From positions 34,812 to 98,811 of the IMG/VR virus record IMGVR_UViG_3300025589_000004: DNA of 64,000 bases; one strand, 5' to 3'. The translations under genes were made by a program, and so were the position numbers. The notes under the pieces were generated by a model. The model did not search any database. It was not told where the DNA came from and saw only the letters and a program-made list of their open reading frames with translations. The stretch is from a virus (lineage: Duplodnaviria; Caudoviricetes). Positions 21,611-31,500 of this stretch are shown here, piece after piece (the stretch's first letter is position 1; every line of letters starts with the position of its first letter).

Positions 21611-22225
21611 ATGAATGAGAATGTTAACAATATATTAGTTGAGTTCGAGAAAGTAAAGAATTATTTTTCTGAGATTTCTGGTTCTATATATGAATCCAAA
21701 TCCGACAATAAAGATATTATTTCAAATACAACAATTGTATCTGGGACTTCTGGATTATTTGATATATCTACAACCAACGATAAATCTGATAATATTGATA
21801 TTGTTGGTAATACTAATGTTATTGATAATATTAATAGTAGTAAAGAAGCATTAACTAAATTATCTACAAGTCTTAATTCATTGACTATCAAACACTTCGG
21901 TAAAGAATATTCTGAATTAATAGCAAGTATTAACAATTTGATTACTAATATGTTACAACAAATAGAGTATTTACTCAATACCAGTAACCTGATTACTCCA
22001 GAAGTTGTAGATTCATTTTCTAGTTTAATTAATAGTCTATATAATATTATTAGAGATTTATTAAATATATATGTAATGAATTATAAATATGATAAAGAAG
22101 CTGAATTATTGATGTTAAAACATAAGTTGAAAAAAGATGAGATGTTATACAAATATAAATTATATTCTAATGAAGTTCAGTCAGACAATACAGAAAAGAT
22201 AGAATATACATTTCCTATAAATTAG
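21611..22225 (+). CDS. Hypothetical protein, possibly small terminase-like
   Basis: Helical core PEVVDSFSSLINSL weakly recalls the gp16 central helix; not demonstrated. Confidence 0.35.
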   Translation: MNENVNNILVEFEKVKNYFSEISGSIYESKSDNKDIISNTTIVSGTSGLFDISTTNDKSDNIDIVGNTNVIDNINSSKEALTKLSTSLNSLTIKHFGKEYSELIASINNLITNMLQQIEYLLNTSNLITPEVVDSFSSLINSLYNIIRDLLNIYVMNYKYDKEAELLMLKHKLKKDEMLYKYKLYSNEVQSDNTEKIEYTFPIN

Positions 22226-22264
22226 ATTCTTTATCTATTTTTTTAGATAGTATAATATCTTTAT

Positions 22265-23281
22265 ATGAATAGTGAAAATATTACTAATATAAATGTTATT
22301 TATGTCGATATCAATAATATATGTTTTCTATCTCTATTTAATGCATTTTCTAAGTTTAAAAATAACAAAAATAATAATTATTTATCAACAATAAATGAAA
22401 ATACTAATTTACTATTAGATAATGCCTTTGAAAGCCAATTAAATAGTATATTTGATAATTTATTTAATAATATTCATAATCTTCAATTATATAAATCTAT
22501 CATTCCAAATATAACAGATAATGATTATTTTATTTTCTTTTATGTTAAAGATTGTTCATATAAAGATAATTGGAGGAAGAAGATATTTAATGATTATAAA
22601 TTAAATAGGAAAATAAAAAAGCGGGAATTTGATTATAATGCTGTTTTTTGTTATTTATATGATAAAATAACAAATACTATTACAAATAAAAATAATATAT
22701 TACACGATCAAAATCTAGAAGCAGATGATATTATATATTATAGTATAATTACACTTAAAAATAATAAAGATATCAAAAACCAAATAATAGTTTCAAATGA
22801 TTCTGATTATTTTCAAGTTCATGATAATAATATATATCAAATTAATTGTTATGGTGAATTATTGTCAATAGAAGAATATTTCCAGAAAATAATAGAAAAA
22901 AGCAAAAAAAATAAAGAATTATTTGAAAAATATAAAAAAGATATATGTAATAATAGATTTTTTAAATTATATAAAATTCTTTTAGGAGATAAAGGTGATA
23001 ATATACCACCAGTAATATCTGATCAAAAAATTGGAAAAATTAAGTTATTCAATTTATTATTAACAGAACAGAAAAAATTACAGGATATGATAGCAACTAA
23101 TCCAATATATCATAGCAATTTTAAATTAAACACCAAACTAATAGACTTAAGTAGAATTCCAATAAATCATATCGATAAAATTAACTATACAATCAATAAT
23201 ACATTATCTGAATATAAAAATAGTATAATTAATAATAATCAACCAGATTTGTTAAACAATTTTAAGAAAAGCATATTATGA
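22265..23281 (+). CDS. rnh: T4 RNase H / 5'-3' flap exonuclease
   Basis: WRKKIFNDYKLNR, EADD, SNDSDYFQ, GDKGDNIP, NTKLIDL. Confidence 0.9.
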   Translation: MNSENITNINVIYVDINNICFLSLFNAFSKFKNNKNNNYLSTINENTNLLLDNAFESQLNSIFDNLFNNIHNLQLYKSIIPNITDNDYFIFFYVKDCSYKDNWRKKIFNDYKLNRKIKKREFDYNAVFCYLYDKITNTITNKNNILHDQNLEADDIIYYSIITLKNNKDIKNQIIVSNDSDYFQVHDNNIYQINCYGELLSIEEYFQKIIEKSKKNKELFEKYKKDICNNRFFKLYKILLGDKGDNIPPVISDQKIGKIKLFNLLLTEQKKLQDMIATNPIYHSNFKLNTKLIDLSRIPINHIDKINYTINNTLSEYKNSIINNNQPDLLNNFKKSIL

Positions 23282-23949
23282 AAGAATTATTAAAATATAT
23301 AGATTTTGTTTATAAACCAATAAAAGAAAATGATAGTCTTATTTTCAAAATTAAAGCAAACAATTTAATAGAATTTCAAAATATATTTAAAGAAATAGAA
23401 AATAATCTAGATAATATACAAAAAGAATATTTCAATATCAAAAATAAATTATTTGAAAATATAGATATTAATAAATCAGAAATATTAAAATTCAAATTAA
23501 CTAATAATATCAATTTTCCATCAATTAAAGATATAGATAAATTAGATAATCTACCAAAAACTATATATACTAATAGTATATTATTGGAAAATAACTATGA
23601 ATATAATTATGTAAATAAAAAAAGAGTATTAGATAGAATATATAGTACAATCTCAGAGATTATAAAATTATCTCCAAGAAGAGCATATCTGAGATTAGTT
23701 AATGATATAAATAGATATTTTAAATCATTATATGAGCCTACAGATATTAGTTGCTGTATTGGTATTCATTTCTTAGAAAATAGATGTATATTGAATTTTA
23801 GAGCATCAGATGTCAAATATGATTTAATAGTAGATTTATTAACTATATTCTATAATATAATATATCCAATATATTTTAGATGTGAAAAATCTAATTTGAA
23901 TGAAATATTATTTATAGCAAATACAGCACAAAATATAGAAGGAATATAG
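23278..23949 (+). CDS. Divergent, truncated thymidylate-synthase-fold protein
   Basis: PRRAYL...DISCC...HF...NFRASD...D mirrors TS SRR...PC...RSxD motifs; the C-terminal HxY is absent. Confidence 0.55.
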   Translation: MKELLKYIDFVYKPIKENDSLIFKIKANNLIEFQNIFKEIENNLDNIQKEYFNIKNKLFENIDINKSEILKFKLTNNINFPSIKDIDKLDNLPKTIYTNSILLENNYEYNYVNKKRVLDRIYSTISEIIKLSPRRAYLRLVNDINRYFKSLYEPTDISCCIGIHFLENRCILNFRASDVKYDLIVDLLTIFYNIIYPIYFRCEKSNLNEILFIANTAQNIEGI

Positions 23950-23952
23950 AAT

Positions 23953-24780
23953 ATGTCTAGTAAGGTTAATGATTATATACAATCTGAATTAATTAATAGA
24001 GAGGTTTTAAATAGATATTATAATATATGGAAAGAAAATTATAATAATAGTGTTAATAATGGAAATAGTAATTTATTGGAAACCATAGCAAGATTTAAAG
24101 AACTTAAAGATAATGAATGTTATTGTTTAGATAAATCTTCTGTTCGTGTTTTAGAGATAATAAATGCACAAATTAAAACAGAAAATATAACTGATATAAC
24201 TAAATATACTCCATTTACTAAAATTGGAAGTAAATCTACTAATATAGATTATTCATTAAAAGAAATAAATTGGTATTTGGATATGAATTTATCTATAGAT
24301 GGATTACAACCCACACCAACAATTTGGACATTAGTTGCAGATAAAAATAGAATAATAAATTCAAATTATGGTTATATTATATTTTCAGATAATAATAAAA
24401 ATCAATTTTTGAATGCTATTTGTGCTATTCTAGAAAATATATATACTAGACGCTCTATAATGATATATCAATGTCCAGAAATGCATTATAAATATAAAGA
24501 GAATAATAGAAATGATTTTGTATGTACTATTTCACATCAATTTATAGTAAGAAAAAATAAGAATGAATATACACTAAATAGTATTATCAATATGCGTTCT
24601 CAAGATTTTATTTATGGATATTTGAATGATATAGTGTGGTTTAATTATGTGCATTTTTTAGGATATGAAATTTTAACTAAAATAATTCCAGAAATTACTA
24701 TAAATAGACACAATATATATCTTAATGTAGGCAGTTTGCATATATATGAAAAACATTTTAAGCTACTTGATAACAAATAG
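23953..24780 (+). CDS. gp42: dCMP hydroxymethylase-like (TS superfamily)
   Basis: INSNYG, TRRSIMIY, DFVCT, MRSQDFIYGYLND with Asp at the dCMP-specificity site, GSLHIYEKHF. Confidence 0.8.
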   Translation: MSSKVNDYIQSELINREVLNRYYNIWKENYNNSVNNGNSNLLETIARFKELKDNECYCLDKSSVRVLEIINAQIKTENITDITKYTPFTKIGSKSTNIDYSLKEINWYLDMNLSIDGLQPTPTIWTLVADKNRIINSNYGYIIFSDNNKNQFLNAICAILENIYTRRSIMIYQCPEMHYKYKENNRNDFVCTISHQFIVRKNKNEYTLNSIINMRSQDFIYGYLNDIVWFNYVHFLGYEILTKIIPEITINRHNIYLNVGSLHIYEKHFKLLDNK

Positions 24781-24796
24781 AATTAAACTTAATAGA

Positions 24797-25420
24797 TTAA
24801 TTATTTGGTTTTGCTATATTATCTTCTTTTTCGGATTTATTTTTCTTTTTGACTCTTTTACCAAAATTATTCTTTGTTTTTTGTATATCATTTTTAACTT
24901 CATTTACTTTATTTTCATCACATTCATTAACTTTATCTTTATTATTTTCTATATCATCTATTATTTTCTCAACAATATCTGCCATTTCTTTTGCTGTATT
25001 TTCTATATTTTCAGCTAATTTAATATCAGAATTTATGTATTCTATATTAGAATTCTTATTTTCTTCGATTATTACATTTATTTGTTTATTGTTAAAATCA
25101 GTTAATTTCTTTATTTCTTTTTCAAAAAATGTTTTTTTATTAATATCAGACTCAAAATACTCAGTATTACTAATAAACAAATTGGTAAATATAGAAAACA
25201 ACCTTGATATATACACATTAGATAATCTATTTGATAACAAAATATAATCTAATATGCTTTTATGTATTATCTCTAAGTTATTGATATTGTTAATCTTAGC
25301 TACATATACTATATACTCTACTATTTTTTTAGCTAAATTAGAATCTATATCTATATTTTCAGTCTTCAAAATATCAAAAAACAATTTTTCTATATTCATA
25401 ACAACCCTATCAGATAACAA
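24797..25420 (-). CDS. Hypothetical protein
   Basis: 207-aa ORF; start may be the ATG at 25399. Confidence 0.55.
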   Translation of the reverse strand: MLSDRVVMNIEKLFFDILKTENIDIDSNLAKKIVEYIVYVAKINNINNLEIIHKSILDYILLSNRLSNVYISRLFSIFTNLFISNTEYFESDINKKTFFEKEIKKLTDFNNKQINVIIEENKNSNIEYINSDIKLAENIENTAKEMADIVEKIIDDIENNKDKVNECDENKVNEVKNDIQKTKNNFGKRVKKKNKSEKEDNIAKPNN

Positions 25421-25441
25421 TTAAAATATACTAATCAAAAT

Positions 25442-25657
25442 CTACTGTTCTTTATTTTCTTTAATTGATTTAATAATATTAGTAATAATTATAATTAAAG
25501 TAACAACACCACCAGAAATTGCCGCAATTGCAGAAAATATAGAATCAATAACTTCTGGTGTCAATTGCTTCTCAATCCAAACACCAATACCTGTACCAGA
25601 TAACAATACAATCAATATCTTAATTATTTGTTTAATTAAGTCTGCAGATATTTTCAT
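25442..25657 (-). CDS. Small two-TM membrane protein (holin candidate)
   Basis: Two hydrophobic segments, charged C-tail, AAGGAAAGGG RBS, upstream TATAAATA. Confidence 0.5.
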   Translation of the reverse strand: MKISADLIKQIIKILIVLLSGTGIGVWIEKQLTPEVIDSIFSAIAAISGGVVTLIIIITNIIKSIKENKEQ

Positions 25658-25726
25658 ATTATTCCCTTTCCTTATTTATATATATTTATTTTTTAAAAAT
25701 ATATTTTTTTAATATTATTAAAAAAA

Positions 25727-27619
25727 TTAAATACCTAATAATTTATCTATATCAGATGGAAGTGCTTCACCGCCAGCTTCTTCACTGCCACCAATACCGC
25801 CTTCTTCACCTTTAGCAGCTATACCGCCACCAGCAGTTTCACCACCGGCTTCAATACCACCTACAGCCTCTTGTTCATTTCTACCACCAATTTCTGGTTT
25901 TAAACCACCACCGCCAAATGGAGATGTACGCCTCAATTCTGACTCAAATCCATGTGGCTCAGGCTCACCTAAACTAAAAGCTTCTTCTTGAGTAATATTT
26001 GACAATATTTGATTTACACTATTACTAACTAATTCAGCAATTTTTTCTCTAAGAGTCTCTCTTAACTGATTTTTTAACATATCAGATATTTTCAACTTCT
26101 CGTTTTCTATAATATCACTTTCTGTCATATTTAAGAATTTCTTCTGTAAATATGTCTTAGAAATAGAATCATCGCCAGATAATCTATTATATGTATCTAT
26201 CAATTGATTATTCTTTTCTTGTTGTAAATATAAGTCATAATTTATAGGTTGATTGAATCTGATAGTAAAATCGAATGGTGTTAATGTTAGTTTATTATAT
26301 AATCCAGTAAGTTTAAGGTGTGTGATAAATGTGCGTTTAATAGCTTCAGCAAATGTATTCTGGATTCTGATTATCATTTTAGCAAATTTAAATTCATCAT
26401 AACTGATTAAATTGGTGTTTCGTTTAATTTCTACATTAGGTTCTTTCATTCTATATGGTACAGATAATCCAACATATATTTTCTTAAGGAAATATTCAAT
26501 ATCATCAATTTCGCCAAATGTTGCTTGTTTACCAAATGATTGTACTGTAGTACCTTCTGAGCCTTCTGGTTTCAAGAAAAAGAAACTTTCTAATGCTGAT
26601 AATGTATCATATTTATTGAAAATTTGTCCAGCACCATCTTTTGGAAAACTTGCACCTTTACGTGTTTGAAATCTTTGCATAATTTGTAATAGCATTTGTT
26701 CAGCCTTAGCTCTAGGCATATCACCACATGCTATATTAAATAGAAATCTTTCTGGACTTCTAGTAATTCTATAAATAATTAGTGCATCTTCAATTAAATT
26801 AAGCCTAATAAATGCTACTCTTATTTTTTCCAATATTGGTAATACAAACATCTTATCAGAGCTATAATTACCAGTATTAACATAGAATAATTGTTCGAAT
26901 AAAAATGGTACTTTATTTTCTTCTAAAGAACGACTGCCTTTATATATACTATACAAATTTCCTGGAAGTGCAATTTTAGAAAATATAGCACCACTATCTA
27001 AATTAGAATATACTTGACTTTCATCTTTACTAGAGTCATAAATTATACCAACAAGCTGATTGTTAGCTTTTAGAAATCCATATTTTTCGTTTGGTATAAA
27101 TTTCAACCCAATTATACCATAATCTAATCTATCTGGATTAACTACTAATTCAAAACATAGCTCTCCTTCTATTAGATATGTCATTAGATATTGATATATA
27201 TTTAAATCAAAATTAAATAATAGCATAAACAATCTAAATTTATCCTCTAAAAATTTACGTTCTTCTGGTGATAATCTATTATTATTGAATATCAGTCTAA
27301 TAAAATTGCCATCATTATCATGATTTAGAAAATTATCAGTAATATCTTCCAAACAATTACTAACAACTTCATTATTACTCATCATTCTATATACACGTAA
27401 TCTATCAGCTTTTTTTGCTTCTGGTGTTATATTATAATTATCAGCATCAAACTGATATATCATACTTAACATATTAGAATATATATCGTTATCTAGATTA
27501 GTTTCATTTTTTTTATGAATTTCGGCCTGTGCTACTTGAGAATATTTATTGATTTCTTCAGTACCAGAATATCGTCTGAATAGATTAAATAATTTATTAA
27601 TAAATTTTGGTTGATTCAT
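25727..27619 (-). CDS. gp20: Portal protein with G/E-rich C-tail
   Basis: IEDALIIYRITRSPERFLFNIACGDMPRAKAEQ, DDIEYFLKKIY..L.VP, DEFKFAKMI. Confidence 0.95.
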   Translation of the reverse strand: MNQPKFINKLFNLFRRYSGTEEINKYSQVAQAEIHKKNETNLDNDIYSNMLSMIYQFDADNYNITPEAKKADRLRVYRMMSNNEVVSNCLEDITDNFLNHDNDGNFIRLIFNNNRLSPEERKFLEDKFRLFMLLFNFDLNIYQYLMTYLIEGELCFELVVNPDRLDYGIIGLKFIPNEKYGFLKANNQLVGIIYDSSKDESQVYSNLDSGAIFSKIALPGNLYSIYKGSRSLEENKVPFLFEQLFYVNTGNYSSDKMFVLPILEKIRVAFIRLNLIEDALIIYRITRSPERFLFNIACGDMPRAKAEQMLLQIMQRFQTRKGASFPKDGAGQIFNKYDTLSALESFFFLKPEGSEGTTVQSFGKQATFGEIDDIEYFLKKIYVGLSVPYRMKEPNVEIKRNTNLISYDEFKFAKMIIRIQNTFAEAIKRTFITHLKLTGLYNKLTLTPFDFTIRFNQPINYDLYLQQEKNNQLIDTYNRLSGDDSISKTYLQKKFLNMTESDIIENEKLKISDMLKNQLRETLREKIAELVSNSVNQILSNITQEEAFSLGEPEPHGFESELRRTSPFGGGGLKPEIGGRNEQEAVGGIEAGGETAGGGIAAKGEEGGIGGSEEAGGEALPSDIDKLLGI

Positions 27620-27681
27620 ATTAATTACAAATTAACACCTTTTTGTTATTTTATTAATTACAAATTATAATTTATTATTTA

Positions 27682-28014
27682 TTATTTTTTCTTTTTCTCT
27701 TCTCTATATTTCTTCCAAGCAATTTTAAATGGAATAGGTGATTTTTCACCAAATTTCTTTTTTAGCCCCAAAATCATTTTCTCATATTTTTCACCAGGAG
27801 GAGCTACTTCTTTTAAAAGCCTATTTGCTGAAATAACACTATTTTTATAAATTTTCTTTAAATTATTAAAATCAAATCCAATATCTCCAATTTTAAGCAG
27901 ATGTTCAATATTTAGACTTTTTTCTTCTTTTCTTTTCTTGGTTTTAAAATAAACTAAATCATATTTTCCATTTTCATTTTTTACTAATTTAAGTCCTGAA
28001 TATTCTATGTTCAT
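27682..28014 (-). CDS. Hypothetical basic protein, possibly virion-internal
   Basis: GGAG RBS; LLKEVAPPG...FKIAW C-terminal module. Confidence 0.6.
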   Translation of the reverse strand: MNIEYSGLKLVKNENGKYDLVYFKTKKRKEEKSLNIEHLLKIGDIGFDFNNLKKIYKNSVISANRLLKEVAPPGEKYEKMILGLKKKFGEKSPIPFKIAWKKYREEKKKK

Positions 28015-28026
28015 AATTGTTGCTCC

Positions 28027-28491
28027 TTATTCGTAATTATTAGGTAATTTATCAGCAGGTACAACATCACTCTCTCCAACTTTTAAATATGTCCTTATAT
28101 ATCTATATTTATAATTTCCATTAGCATCTTTTATTATAATTTTTACATATCCTTTATTAGTAAAAACACTATTAACACCTTCGGTTTCTTGATAGAATGT
28201 TTTATTATATATGATATTTATTATTTTTTGTACGATATGTCTAAATAATGTTTTAAGATTAATTTTAGCAGAAGCCCACCCAGTGCCAGAATAATAACCA
28301 GAGTTTGGTGTGTTTGGTGAATATATAGCGCCAGGTGTTCCTTTTACAGATATTTCAATTAAATCATCTGTGGTTATTAGTATTGATGGTTCGCCTGATA
28401 GTGAAGGCGTAATTGAATCACCAGATCTACTACCACCAGATATATCGTTTATTGCTGAAATTGAAGGAAGATTAGAGATTTTAAATATCAT
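28027..28491 (-). CDS. Putative virion protein, SG-rich
   Basis: KISNLP N-terminus typical of fibre/baseplate accessory proteins; within the structural operon. Confidence 0.5.
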   Translation of the reverse strand: MIFKISNLPSISAINDISGGSRSGDSITPSLSGEPSILITTDDLIEISVKGTPGAIYSPNTPNSGYYSGTGWASAKINLKTLFRHIVQKIINIIYNKTFYQETEGVNSVFTNKGYVKIIIKDANGNYKYRYIRTYLKVGESDVVPADKLPNNYE

Positions 28492-28509
28492 AGTAGTTTA
28501 ATAATTAAA

Positions 28510-31500
28510 TTATTTTGAATAAACATGAAAACCATTCCTTACTGTATTTATAATATATTTATCAATTTTATTAAGTGATTTTTCTTCTTTTTCTTCATTA
28601 TTATAACTATCAATCCTACCATAACTATCTAAATCATCAAATATAAGTATAGTTGAATCTAGTGTGTCTATATCTTCATTAAATCTATAACTTCCAGAAA
28701 TATCAGATTCTATACATCTAAAATTATCATTATAAAACTTTATTTTACTATAATTCTCGAATGATCTGTATTTATTAAAATCAATATAAATCCTATAAAT
28801 AACATCATCAATTTTGACTAATCCAAATGGTATTATATCAAATTCTTTTGGATAATTAGAAGCAAAATATTGAATATATATACCATTAGTTAATTTATCT
28901 TTAATAGTATCAATATCATCAGCTATTCTATTATCATAATCAAATTCTGGTCTGCTTAATATAGGCAAATGTTTAAGATTAGATAATGGGCGACAATAAT
29001 ACACACTATCTAAAGATAATACTCCACTATCTTCATCATCATATAATCTGATTATAGTTAATCCATCTACAGGCATTTGTATTGGTTGCATTGTTTTTGA
29101 TAATTCTTTTTTATCATGATATAAATTAAAATAATCACCAGAAACATTAAAATAATTATAAAATCTATTAAACTTCATATCGCAAGTATAAGATAGACTT
29201 AAATAACCTTTAGTTTTGGATAATTTAATAAGAGAAGCTGATTCTAATATATTTTCTGATAAACCTTTGATATTCAGTAAGTAATATTTAAATTCAGAAT
29301 CATCAGCTAATTGATAATATACAGTATCTCCAACATTGTCAGAATCGGCTAAGATATAATATGTTTTAAACAAATCACCATAAGCTAAATTGAATTTAAC
29401 TGGAATTGTTATATTAGATATTTCGTTCGATATAGTTCCATCAACTAAATCATAGTATCTGTTATTAATTTTTAATAGATATTCATTTGGATTATTTGGA
29501 TTTACTGGTAATGTATTATTATATTTATCAGCTTCGGCATCCACTAAAAATAATTTATTATCATATATATAACAACCTATATACAATCTTTCAATTTGAC
29601 TATAATCAAAATATTCTAGTCCATGAATTGGTTCTACATATAGAGAAATTCTTTTAGGTGATTTAAAATCAGCTCGTGTCATTGCAATTTTACAAAATAA
29701 TATCTTTGGTGATATTGGATTATCAGTAATTAAAATCAATGTATTGCCATATATTTTGAAATCTAATATATATTTGATATTCTTGAAACTATTATGGTCA
29801 ATATTATTTATAAATAATTCTGCTGGTAATGCTAGTGGATAAGACCTCATCCTAACAAATAATCTACCTGGATATTCAAATATATTCTTATTTTTATATA
29901 AAAACCATTCATTTCTATATGAATCTAATCCAAAACTATATATATGTTTATCTATTAACTGTTTAATCGTATCTAAACCAAATCCATTATAATTAGTATC
30001 ATCATCTACTAATTTTAATAATTTTAATATATTAGCATTGAATTTGGCATCTGCAGATTTAAAATCTTTAAGATATTGATAATATTTATTAGTATTATTT
30101 TCTAATTTGGTTATATAATTATCTGTATCTGTTAAATAACTATTTAATGCATCAATATTCCAAGGCCCGTTAAAATCTATATATTTATTCTCATTATCAT
30201 ATTTATCTAAATTCATGTTATATTCATAGAATGTCTGATAGAATGTATAATCAATATTATCTTTCATCCAAGAATTGATAAACGAGCCGTAATTATTTAG
30301 CATTCTATCTAATTTATTATAATCATTTATAATATAATCAAAAGCATAAATTAATATATCATTAAATACTGTAGTTATATCGTCGACTATTTTTTCTATA
30401 AATCGTTTGAGATTTGGTAGTATTGCAATAGTTGGATGAATATTATTTTTGTAGTTATATGGATTATTTATTCCAAAACCCCCGGCATTGATATATCTTT
30501 TATATATATCAATATTATTGTCAGTATATAAATCAGAATAATTTGTGTTATATGTACTATAGAAATCAAAATGAATAGGAAATCCAGAAACGTATGTATT
30601 ATTAATACTTTTAACAGAGAAACCAGATGTAACTGTAAATAATTGGCTTTTTTCTTCTTCTGTTAAAAAGTTATTATAATCTCTTTCTTCTGAATTTAAT
30701 GCTAAATTTATATCTATTATTGGTAACTTATAATGTAAAAATCTATTATATAATTCTACTTTTTTCTTCTGAAAATTCTCAATACCAGATAATACAATAT
30801 CATAATAAAAATCTATTAAATCACCAGATAATAATAATTCTCCATCAAATGAACCAGAAATATTATATATATTATCTTCAGTTGTATTATATTTATATAT
30901 TAAAAGATTATCTACAATTCCTGATATATCATATATATTACCTTTATAATTTATAGATTTTTTGATATTCCCATATTCTATAGCACTGTTACTAGTAATA
31001 ATTGGTATATTTTGTTGTGTTGCATCTATATAATATCCTGAAGCTTCGCCTGAATTTGTTATATAATTAGTAAATTTTTGGTTAGAATTGATAAGACTAC
31101 CAAATAATTTTCCTGATGGTGGTATATACCAACAATCATCATTAACCAATATATTATTAATAATATATGGTGTATAATTATTTTTAAATATTCCACTGGG
31201 TTCACCTGTTATTATTTTATCAGATATATCTAAACTAAATATATTAATTATTGGCAGATAATGTTTGTTATAATATTGTATACTGTTGGCTTTAGATGTA
31301 ATAAATGCGCTTAAATGTGATGAGTTAAATATAGTTTCTTGAAATGCAGATAATGTTGGTATATTAGCTGATATAGGTAGATTTAATTGATTATAATAAA
31401 ATCCAGATATATCTGAATCAGTAAATAAATAGTTATTTTCTTCTGGATTGAAATACTTTTCTCTTAATTTATATATATCTAAATCAAATCGTTTATCATT

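Noticed and set aside
25760-25970. GC-rich patch at the portal 3' end
   Set aside because: Explained by Gly/Ala/Glu codons of the low-complexity tail.
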